A DNA stretch of 64,000 nt from assembly GCA_049602155.1 (NCBI GenBank), contig JBMYRH010000002.1, positions 65,108 through 129,107 on the forward strand, given 5' to 3'. The number at the start of each line of letters is the position of its first letter. Within the stretch, counting starts at the first letter, position 1. The translations under genes were made by a program, and so were the position numbers. Origin of the DNA: Myxococcota bacterium (GTDB taxonomy: Bacteria > Myxococcota_A > UBA9042 > PHBI01 > JBMYRH01). The notes beneath the pieces were generated by a model. It was given only the letters and a program-made list of their open reading frames with translations. It was not told the DNA's origin and did not search any database. Positions 27,708 through 35,906 of this stretch are shown here, in pieces.

Positions 27708-30700
27708 ATGCTGCATCGTCACCTCACCCTCTCCTGGCTCCTATGCTCTGCGCTAGGCACGTTGGGCGCGTTATCGGTCGCGGCCTGCGGCTCGATCGAC
27801 ATCCCGACCTCGACGGGGGGCTGTCAGACTGACTCTGACTGTGGCCAAGGGGCGGTCTGTGTCGAGGAGGTCTGCACGACCAGCAGCGAAGACACGGACC
27901 AGGATGGCCTGACCAACGGTATGGAGATGAACCTGGGCACAAACCCTGCCCTCGCTGACACCGATGGCGACGGTATCGATGACAAGGCAGAGATCTCCGA
28001 TCTCTCCGATCCGGCCGACAGTGATGGCGATGGTGTCATCGACGCCCTGGAGAGCAATGGGGGAGACAAAGACGAGGACTGCATTGCCGACCAGTTTGAT
28101 GCGAATGACGCCAGCGATACAGCCGTCGTCAAGAAGCTCGAGCTGTGCGCCCTTGAAGGGGTGTGCGCTGGTGACGTTCAGCCCAAGGCCGAGTGCGCCC
28201 CTGCGGCAGCCGCGGGGGATGAGCCGACATGGTTCTGCAGCTACGGGGGCGTCGTGGGCTACAACCCAGGACCGGACAATATGTGCGACGGCTTGGACAA
28301 TGACTGCGATGGCGTGGCCGACGAAGACTTTGTAGGGGCGGAGACAGAGTGCGGCGAAGGCGCTTGCGGTGCGACGGGGGCGATGACCTGTGTCGACGGT
28401 GTGGAGGTCGACGGGTGTGAGCCTTTGGCCGCAGAGTACCTCAACGATAAGACGTGCGACGGTATCGACGAAGACTGCGATGGTGAGACCGACGAGGAGT
28501 ACGTCGGACCAGACGGGTTCTGCGGCACCGGGGCGTGCACGAGGTCAGGGTCAAGCGTCTGCTTCAACGGCGTGCCGACCCTCGATTGCATCGAGGGGGC
28601 GCCAGCCGCGAATGATGAGACCTGCGACGGTGTCGACGATGACTGTGACGAGCTCATCGACGAGGACTTCGACGGCGCGACGACAACCTGTGGTTCAGGT
28701 GGCTGTCTGACGACGGGGAAGTACCAATGTCAGGACGGCGTTGAGATCGACGATTGCGTGGCGGGCACGGGGCTGCCGACGGACGCGACCTGCGACGGTG
28801 TCGATGATGACTGTGATGGCGAGACGGACGAGGAGTATGTGTCTGACTCCGGGCCGACCAGCTGTGGGGTGGGGGCCTGCGCCTCTGAGGGGACCTTGGT
28901 CTGCGTCGGTGGTGACGTTCAGGACACGTGTATCGTCGGGACACCAGGGGAGTCCGACACCTCTTGTGACAACGTGGACAACGACTGCAACGGTGAGACC
29001 GATGAAGGTTATGTCGCCCAGGAGACGAGTTGCGGTACCGGGAGCTGTCAGGCCTCGGGGCTGACGGCCTGCGCAGAGGGGATCATCCTTGATAACTGCG
29101 TGGCGCTCTCCCCGGAGACGGACCTCGATACGACGTGCGATGGCGTGGATGACAACTGCAACGGTGAGACCGATGAGGACTTCGAAGCGGGGGTGACCTC
29201 TTGCGGAAAGGGTGTCTGCGCCTCTGAGGGAGATCAGACGTGCCAGGCCGGGGTCATTGTGGACACGTGCAAGGTCGGAGAGGTCCTCGATGGTGAATTC
29301 GATGCCTCGTGCGACGGCGCTGATCAGGACTGTGATGGCAAGGTCGATGAAGGTTTTGTCTCCGAGGACACGAGCTGTGGAGAGGGCGTGTGCCTCGGCC
29401 TTGGGACCTCAACCTGTGTGGACGGGGTGCCTGGGGATACATGCATCGTCGGTGCGCCGGTCGGTCAGGTGGACGGCGAGTGCGACGATCAAGATCAAGA
29501 CTGTGATGGCCTCGTCGATGAAGACTTCGCCCCCGCCATTGTCGCTTGCGGCGCAGGGGTGTGCGCGGGCAGCGGAGTGACGAGCTGCAATGGTGGCGAG
29601 GTCGTCGACAGTTGCAGTGAGGGCGAAGGGCTCGCGATCGACGCGTCTTGTGACGGCGAAGACAATGACTGCGACGACGCCTTTGATGAAGACTACGCCT
29701 CCGTCGAGGTCACGTGTGGGCTCGGGGTGTGCGCCAAGACCGTGATGACGAGCTGCGTCCAGGGCAGCGAGATCTCGGACTGCGCTCCCTCCGCCCCGGC
29801 TGGCGCGGATGACTCGTGCAATGGCCTTGATGACGACTGCGACGGCGCGACCGATGAGGGCTTCTCCGTGGAGTCGGTGACCTGTGGCGTCGGTGCTTGC
29901 CAGTCGGTTGGCAACATTGTGTGCGTGGATGGGGTCGAGGAGAACACCTGCGAAGTTGGGTTCCCTGGACCGAATGATGCGAGCTGTAACGGCGTCGACA
30001 ACGACTGCGATGACGCCGTTGATGAGGACTTCCTGGTCACCGCGACCGCTTGCGGCGTCGGCGTGTGTGCAGCTGCGGGAGAGCGCGTCTGCAAGGAAGG
30101 GCAAGTCGCGGACACCTGTGCGCCGCTTGAGGCCACAGGCCCGGACATCACTTGCGACGGCCTTGATGACGACTGCGATGGCACGACCGACGAGGACTAC
30201 GTGACGTCTCAATCGATGTGCGGCGATGGCGCTTGTGCTTCCATCGGTCAGAGGACCTGTATCGGCGGGGTGGAGAATGACACGTGCGAGGCGGGGCAGC
30301 CGGCCTTGGCTGACGCGACCTGCGATGGGGTCGATGACGATTGCGATGGCACGGCAGACCAGGACTATGTGGCCTTCGAGACGACCTGCGGTGTCGGGGC
30401 CTGCGAGAGTTCAGGGACGATGGCGTGTGTCGATGGCACCCCCGTCAACAGCTGTGAGCCTGCGACGGCGGCCCCCTCCGACGTGACCTGCGATGGCGTG
30501 GACGACAACTGTAACGGTCAGACCGATGAAGAGTTCTCGACCGAGTCGATCACCTGCGGGACGGGAGCGTGCCTCGCGAACGGGACGCGGACGTGCTCAA
30601 ACGGTGCAACGGTTGATAACTGTGTGGAGGGGACAGCGGCCGCAAGTGACGCGACCTGTGACGGGGTTGACGATGACTGCAGCGGTGCCACCGATGAAGA

Positions 30701-33700
30701 CTACGTAGAGACGGTCACCTCTTGTGGTGACGGCGCCTGCGCGGCGGCGGGGGCGCTGATCTGCGTGGCCGGCGAGGAGACGAGCACCTGCGTTGAAGTC
30801 GAGCCAAATGCCACTGACGATGACTGTGACGGTGTCGACGATGACTGCAATGGGGAGACCGACGAGGGCTATGTCCCCCAAGACTTCCCATGCGGCGTTG
30901 GAGAGTGCGCCCGAGTTGGACAGACGTTCTGTCAGGGGGGCAACGAGCTGAATGATTGCAGCCCTGGAGCACCGGCTCCTGACGACTCTGACGACTGTGA
31001 TGGTAAGGACAACGACTGCAATGGAGACACCGACGAGGATTACGTCAGTCAGACGACGTCCTGCGGAGACGGTGTCTGCCAGAGTTCCGGGGTCACCTCC
31101 TGTGTCTCGGGACAGGTGCAGGACTCGTGTCAGGCTCCGACAGCCCCGGCGGGCGACACTGACAGTGATTGCAATGGCCTCGACAGCGACTGCGATGGTG
31201 AGATCGATGAGGGCTACGTCAGCGTCGAGGTCACCTGCGGGGCTGGAGTCTGTCAAAACACGGGACAGAAGGTCTGTCAGGGGGCTCCATCGTACGAGGT
31301 GAACACGTGCGAGCCGCTCACCACCACGTCGACCGCGGATTACGTCTGCAACGGCCTTGACGATGATTGTGATGGCGAGACCGATGAGGACTACGTGTCG
31401 GTGCAAACCGAGTGCGGAAAGGGGGTGTGTGCGACGACCTCGATGTCGGTCTGCGAGCCGTCTGCGACGGGCGGGCCGGCTGCGGGGCCTTCGGACAATT
31501 GTGTCCCACCGGAGCCCTCGACGACCGAGCAAGATGCGAGCTGTAACGCTGCCGACGATGACTGCGATGGCGAGACAGATGAAGGGTTCGTGGCGTCGAA
31601 CACCACCTGCGGTCTTGGTATTTGTAACAGCCAGGGGGTGACAAGCTGTGGCTCCGGTGGCGTGCAGCAAGACAGCTGCCAGCCCGGTAGCCCGACCTTG
31701 GCCGTCGACGGCACCATCGCGCTCGATGAGTGCGGGGGAGGGGACAGTGACTGCGACGGTGAGACCGATGAGGACTTCTTCCCGACGCAGCTGACTTGCG
31801 GTACGGGGACCTGCGCGATGACGGTGACGACCTCCTGCAGCTCGACAGGTCAGGTCAACGACTCATGCACGCCGTCGGGTGAGCCCTCGTGCGAAAACAA
31901 AGCGTGCGGAGATGATGGGTGTGGTGGCTCTTGTGGTGACTGCGCCGCGAATGAACTCTGTACCGCCAACTTTACCTGCCAGTGTGTCCCCAGTTGCCTG
32001 AACAAGGGGTGTGGAAGTGATGGGTGTGGTGGCACCTGCGGCGATTGCCCGAACCCCGATCCCTGTCAGGTGGGGGTGTGCAACTCTTCGGGGACCTGCT
32101 CGTTTACGAACCTCGAGGACTGGACGAGCTGCGATGATGGCTCGGATGAGACCATCGGAGACTTCTGTGCGTCAGGGACCTGCGTCGGCTACGTCTACAG
32201 GGACTTCCAGCCAGCAATCGTCGACAACGTGATTCAGTCAGAGCAGTTCGTCGACGCGAGCCGTCGGCTGGGTGGTGGCGTCCACGCGGTCTACACGAGC
32301 CGCGGCGGTAACCCCTTCACTGGAGAGACGTCGGCCGCCGTGATGCAATCTTGTATCGGAGGGCTCTCTTGTAGCACCCACGTACTCGGTCATGCGGGTG
32401 AAGCTCAAGCCGTCAGTCCGGTTTTCCAGCACGTGGGTGGGCAGAACAATGTCAGTGACGGCAAGACGCTCAGCCGCACCGTGAACTCGGGCTATGCGTT
32501 TGAAGGGAACCCGCTGCAAGAGGTCTGGCTTAACCAGTGGGACGAGGTCCCTAACATCACCGCGATCGCCGGCAAGGGGGATGAATGGGTCGCGGCGGCG
32601 TATATGACGGCAGATGGGAAGCTCGCTCCTTATCTCTGTACGGTTCAGTCGTGCGCCCTGAACAGCCCCCCCGCCGAGGTAAAGTATAGTGCGCCGGTCA
32701 GGATGCGTAACGTCGCGGGTGAGCCGGTCCTCGCGGTGAACCCTGAAAGCGAGAAGCCGATCCTGCTCGCCCATTCGGCATCCGCCGGCTGGCAGATTAC
32801 GCACCAGCTCGACACGGTGGCTCAGGTCTATGACTTTACCACTATCGTCGACTCCAACGGTTCGGAGTACCACATTGGCGTCGGACGTCTGGGCCTCCTC
32901 TTCTGGGGCTGGAAGGGCTCTACTGGGCTCATCACAGTCGATGACGGTTCCAACGATGGCTTTGGGCAGACGAAGATCTCGTTCTTCTCCGTCTCACGGT
33001 TTGGTGACTGGCTCGTCGCCTTTGGGCTCCATACGAGCGGTCAGTATGTGGTGGCGTATGCACCTTGGAGTTCAAAGGCGCAGGACGGCAATCAGTGGGC
33101 TATTCGTGGGACTAAGATATTCAACAAGGAGCCCATTCAGGCCTCTCGGATGCAGTCAGATAACGACGGGATCTACGTCTTCGGCACGGTGCCCTATGAG
33201 AGCGTGGATCAGCGCGCGATGTATTACGCCGGCGCTTACCCGGACTTCGTCGTCATCAATGAGAGCTTCAATTCGAGCTTCGCGCTGGCCTTCTGGGAGT
33301 CCTTTGTCAGTTGCTCTGAGACCGAATGGTCTTCGGAAGACAGCGCGGCGACCTTGAGTGGAGGCTGCTCCGATCCAGACTCGATTGAAGAGGAGCTGGA
33401 GCTCCCAGGCGCGTTACTTTGGAGGCCAATCGATACAGGGGAGCAGTTCACCCTGACCGTGACCGCGCGTGCCGACGACGATGACGGGTATGGTGTCACG
33501 TATGCGACGATGGACGAGAAGAACCACTACCGCGTCCGGCTGGACAAGCAGCGCGGCTCTGTGCGACTTGAACGGGTCTATGAGGGAGAGGTGGTGCTCC
33601 TCGCCGAGCGCACAGACGTCGATATCCCCATCAACGTGAACACCGAGATCATGGTAGAGCGCATCGGTCCCCTGCATATCGTGAGCCTCGACGGTCAGGT

Positions 33701-33815
33701 GATGTTCCAGGCGCAAGACAACCTCCTCGCGAGCGGCGGCGTGGGTTTCTTTGCGTGGGCGATGGAGTCGGTCAGCTTCCTCGACATTCACGTCACGCGG
33801 CCTACGGCGCCGTAG
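27708..33815 (+). CDS. Giant (2035 aa) secreted lipoprotein with TSP3-like Ca repeats, about 21 tandem MopE/LDL-receptor-A-like Cys-rich modules and a Cys-poor C-terminal domain
   Basis: The signal/lipobox is SVAACGS. The N-terminal thrombospondin-type-3-like repeats read DTDGDGIDD...DSDGDGVID. Roughly 21 copies of a 45-50 aa module follow, of the form CDG(V/L)D(D/N)DC(D/N)GxTDE(D/G)(Y/F)V...TCG.G.C...G...C..G...D.C. A CG(D/S)DGCGG(S/T)CGDC segment and then a 650 aa domain with few Cys follow. Confidence 0.8.
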   Translation: MLHRHLTLSWLLCSALGTLGALSVAACGSIDIPTSTGGCQTDSDCGQGAVCVEEVCTTSSEDTDQDGLTNGMEMNLGTNPALADTDGDGIDDKAEISDLSDPADSDGDGVIDALESNGGDKDEDCIADQFDANDASDTAVVKKLELCALEGVCAGDVQPKAECAPAAAAGDEPTWFCSYGGVVGYNPGPDNMCDGLDNDCDGVADEDFVGAETECGEGACGATGAMTCVDGVEVDGCEPLAAEYLNDKTCDGIDEDCDGETDEEYVGPDGFCGTGACTRSGSSVCFNGVPTLDCIEGAPAANDETCDGVDDDCDELIDEDFDGATTTCGSGGCLTTGKYQCQDGVEIDDCVAGTGLPTDATCDGVDDDCDGETDEEYVSDSGPTSCGVGACASEGTLVCVGGDVQDTCIVGTPGESDTSCDNVDNDCNGETDEGYVAQETSCGTGSCQASGLTACAEGIILDNCVALSPETDLDTTCDGVDDNCNGETDEDFEAGVTSCGKGVCASEGDQTCQAGVIVDTCKVGEVLDGEFDASCDGADQDCDGKVDEGFVSEDTSCGEGVCLGLGTSTCVDGVPGDTCIVGAPVGQVDGECDDQDQDCDGLVDEDFAPAIVACGAGVCAGSGVTSCNGGEVVDSCSEGEGLAIDASCDGEDNDCDDAFDEDYASVEVTCGLGVCAKTVMTSCVQGSEISDCAPSAPAGADDSCNGLDDDCDGATDEGFSVESVTCGVGACQSVGNIVCVDGVEENTCEVGFPGPNDASCNGVDNDCDDAVDEDFLVTATACGVGVCAAAGERVCKEGQVADTCAPLEATGPDITCDGLDDDCDGTTDEDYVTSQSMCGDGACASIGQRTCIGGVENDTCEAGQPALADATCDGVDDDCDGTADQDYVAFETTCGVGACESSGTMACVDGTPVNSCEPATAAPSDVTCDGVDDNCNGQTDEEFSTESITCGTGACLANGTRTCSNGATVDNCVEGTAAASDATCDGVDDDCSGATDEDYVETVTSCGDGACAAAGALICVAGEETSTCVEVEPNATDDDCDGVDDDCNGETDEGYVPQDFPCGVGECARVGQTFCQGGNELNDCSPGAPAPDDSDDCDGKDNDCNGDTDEDYVSQTTSCGDGVCQSSGVTSCVSGQVQDSCQAPTAPAGDTDSDCNGLDSDCDGEIDEGYVSVEVTCGAGVCQNTGQKVCQGAPSYEVNTCEPLTTTSTADYVCNGLDDDCDGETDEDYVSVQTECGKGVCATTSMSVCEPSATGGPAAGPSDNCVPPEPSTTEQDASCNAADDDCDGETDEGFVASNTTCGLGICNSQGVTSCGSGGVQQDSCQPGSPTLAVDGTIALDECGGGDSDCDGETDEDFFPTQLTCGTGTCAMTVTTSCSSTGQVNDSCTPSGEPSCENKACGDDGCGGSCGDCAANELCTANFTCQCVPSCLNKGCGSDGCGGTCGDCPNPDPCQVGVCNSSGTCSFTNLEDWTSCDDGSDETIGDFCASGTCVGYVYRDFQPAIVDNVIQSEQFVDASRRLGGGVHAVYTSRGGNPFTGETSAAVMQSCIGGLSCSTHVLGHAGEAQAVSPVFQHVGGQNNVSDGKTLSRTVNSGYAFEGNPLQEVWLNQWDEVPNITAIAGKGDEWVAAAYMTADGKLAPYLCTVQSCALNSPPAEVKYSAPVRMRNVAGEPVLAVNPESEKPILLAHSASAGWQITHQLDTVAQVYDFTTIVDSNGSEYHIGVGRLGLLFWGWKGSTGLITVDDGSNDGFGQTKISFFSVSRFGDWLVAFGLHTSGQYVVAYAPWSSKAQDGNQWAIRGTKIFNKEPIQASRMQSDNDGIYVFGTVPYESVDQRAMYYAGAYPDFVVINESFNSSFALAFWESFVSCSETEWSSEDSAATLSGGCSDPDSIEEELELPGALLWRPIDTGEQFTLTVTARADDDDGYGVTYATMDEKNHYRVRLDKQRGSVRLERVYEGEVVLLAERTDVDIPINVNTEIMVERIGPLHIVSLDGQVMFQAQDNLLASGGVGFFAWAMESVSFLDIHVTRPTAP
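28280..31850 (+). repeat. Array of about 21 tandem approximately 140-150 nt coding repeats (Cys-rich CDGxDxDCDGxTDE modules)
   Basis: The CDG(V/L)DDDCDGETDE(D/E)(Y/F) motif reiterates throughout the translation. The DNA is divergent enough to be ancient duplications. Confidence 0.8.
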
Positions 33816-34361
33816 GTGGCCGCCGGGACGACGATTGTTCGCTTCGACATCACGCTCTCTGATGTCGACCGGGGCGTCTACGACACGCTCGAGCTCCGCG
33901 TGGCTCAGCACCCCTCGGAGAGCGATAACTACCTGCTCACGCGTGTCCTCGCCTACGCGCTCGAGTTCGAGGACGACCTGAGCTTCTCCAAAGGGCTCAG
34001 CACCCCGGATGAGCCTGCCCTTTGGTCGCACGATCCGACCGGGGCCCTCACCCGCTGGATCGAGGTTGGGAACCCGAAGCCCGATCGGATCCACCGGGCA
34101 TCCAAGGCCTCACCCACGGTGCGCATCTACACCTACAAAGACCTGGACGTGTTGCGGCGGTCCATCGCCGGTAACCACATCCACCGCATCGATGAGATCG
34201 ACGTCGTCACCCTACCGGATGACGTCTTGGCACCGCTCGCCGCCAACCTTGGGCGCGCGAACACGTGGACGCTCCTGCGCTCTGACGGCGAACTCTACGT
34301 GACTGTGGGCGACGTCAACGTCTCCTGCCCTGTCCTCCCAGTGCCCTTGAGCGGTGACTGA
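33816..34361 (+). CDS. yaeQ: YaeQ family protein
   Basis: It matches YaeQ end to end: RFDITLSDVDRGVYDTLELRVAQHPSESDNYLLTRVLAYALEF...FSKGLSTPDEPALW...LTRWIEVG. It uses a GTG start directly after the upstream stop. Confidence 0.8.
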   Translation: MAAGTTIVRFDITLSDVDRGVYDTLELRVAQHPSESDNYLLTRVLAYALEFEDDLSFSKGLSTPDEPALWSHDPTGALTRWIEVGNPKPDRIHRASKASPTVRIYTYKDLDVLRRSIAGNHIHRIDEIDVVTLPDDVLAPLAANLGRANTWTLLRSDGELYVTVGDVNVSCPVLPVPLSGD

Positions 34362-34445
34362 GGGGTGCGACGCAGAACGCTCAACCTTGACAGGGCGCCC
34401 CGAATTCAGTCCGCTGTTGTTGGCTCCAAACGACGTGAGGTGGTC

Positions 34446-35858
34446 ATGAGTAAGAGAGCAGTTGGACGACACGCGTGGCGCTGGGCGGCTGTAGCCCTCC
34501 TCGCGCTCGGGGCTGTCGCCTGCGGAGACGACGGCGCTGGTGACGGCGTGAATGGTGATGGCACCGAAGCGGTGGACGGTAATGCGACCTCCGAGCCGAC
34601 TGGCGAGGGGCTGACAGGCGCCGTGGCGTTGGCCTCATGCGATTGCGGTGATGCCAGCTGTGGACTCACTGCCTGCGGTGAGACCTGCGGGCTGTGCACC
34701 GATGATGCGTCGCCGCTCTGCTGGGCTGGTCAGTGCACTAACCCCGAGGGGTGTGACATCGTCGGGTTCACCGACCCTATCGCCTGTGACAACGACACGT
34801 ACTGCACGCCCGGGCAGCAGCCTTACGCGCAGGCCGCGACGACCCCCTCGGTCGGTGGTGGTTTCAAGGTGAAGTATGCGGCGACGGTCGACGACTACTC
34901 CTTAGAGCTCGACCCAGTCATCGACGCGGATGCGCTGGCGGATGGGCGGCCTATCGCGAAGAAGAAGATCTATTTGGAGCTCAACCACGTCGGTCAAGCC
35001 GAGGCGGGGCGACCGCTCACAGGCACCTTCCAGCTCGGCACTGATGACGCTCGAGACGACTGCACCTACTGCGTCCGCGCAGGTACATACTGCAGCGACA
35101 AGGGCTGCGGCACGGACTACGTCGCCACCGAGGGCACCCTCGAGATCACGTCCTCAGGTGAGCCCGGTACACCGCTCGTCGCCACCTTGAGGGATGTACG
35201 GTTCACACAGGTCTATCTGCACCAAATCAAAGATGACGGCACCTACAAGGTGGCGGGCCAGAGCGCCAAGGTGTGGTGCTTGGGTGACTTCCCCATCGCG
35301 TACGATGTCCCCGAGCCGACTCAGCCAGTGAGCGACTGCGTGACCGAGGGCACTGGCGTGCTTCTCGGCGACAACATCAAGGACTACACGATTCAGAATT
35401 GCCTGGGAGATGAAATCACGCTGCACAGCAGGTGCGGTCGAACCAAGGCGGTCTGGGTAGTGGCCGTCGCTGGCTGGTGAGGGGCTTGCAACTCCTTCGT
35501 TCCGAAGGTCGCTAAAGCAAGTGAAGAAGCTGGACTCAACGACGAGTTCGAGTACGCCAACCTGGACTACATGATCGTCATCAGTGAAGACGGCGGAGGC
35601 AACGTGCCGACCCTGGCCTACTGCAAGCAGTATGCCGCGAGCCACAGCGCAGATATGGCCAAGACGTTTATCGACAAGACAGGTGGCATCACCTGGGGCG
35701 CCACGTTCGACGCGATGGACAACTACGCATCAGGAGGCATGGGGGTCCCCTGGAGTGGTCTGCTTGATGGTCGCTCTATGGAGTACATCATGAACGACTA
35801 CGCGGGTGAGGGATCGATGGACTCCAACATCCAGAAGCTCTTGGAAGAGCCCCTCTAG
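34446..35858 (+). CDS. Candidate selenoprotein: a lipoprotein whose N-terminal Cys-rich domain is fused to a TlpA/ResA-like thioredoxin-fold domain with active site W-U-G-A-C (in-frame TGA at 35478-35480)
   Basis: ORFs 34365..35480 and 35571..35858 share one frame and are separated only by a TGA. Read through it, the translation is ...DYTIQNCLGDEITLHSRCGRTKAVWVVAVAGW[U]GACNSFVPKVAKASEEAG...DYMIVISEDGG...AKTFIDKTGGITWGATFDAM...GVPWSGLLDGRSMEYIMND.... This aligns with TlpA/ResA (f.l.d..G..v.L....GK.v.vnFWAsWC.pC ... cis-Pro ... G.iv) across the stop. A SECIS-like hairpin follows. The start ATG at 34446 has a GAGGTGG RBS and a signal/lipobox of AVALLALGAVACGDD. Confidence 0.6.
35484..35522 (+). 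other. Putative bacterial SECIS-like RNA hairpin downstream of the in-frame UGA
   Basis: The RNA is UGA-GGG-GCUUGC-AACU-CCUUCG-UUC-CGAAGG-UCGCUAAA-GCAAGU. The lower stem pairs 35484-35489 with 35517-35522 (CUUGC/GCAAG plus a G-U pair). The upper 6-bp stem pairs 35494-35499 with 35503-35508, with a U-rich apical loop containing GU. The apical loop sits about 20 nt after the UGA. Confidence 0.45.
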
Positions 35859-35906
35859 GGGCCCTTGAGCTGTGCGCATCACTCGGTGAGAGGGGAGGGC
35901 GGCCTG

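Noticed and set aside
28259-31717. Multiple minus-strand ORFs (29409..30212, 30597..31670 and others) and short plus-strand ORFs inside the giant repeat gene.
   Set aside because: These are antisense or out-of-frame shadows of the 27708..33815 CDS with low-complexity Arg/Ser/Thr-rich translations. The same applies to ORFs nested in 35907..40562 (for example 37082..37855, 37887..38453) and in 40573..43788 (for example 40938..41462, 41598..42344, 42273..43073).
35571-35858. The ORF-track 95-aa gene starting at ATG 35571 (MIVISEDGGG...) as an independent small protein.
   Set aside because: It is in the same frame as the upstream ORF. The two are separated only by a TGA at 35478-35480. The thioredoxin fold (beta1-[C/U]xxC-helix ... 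cis-Pro ... beta4) spans that TGA. Alone, it would be a fold fragment without an active site. I interpret it as the C-terminal part of a Sec (or Cys) redoxin.
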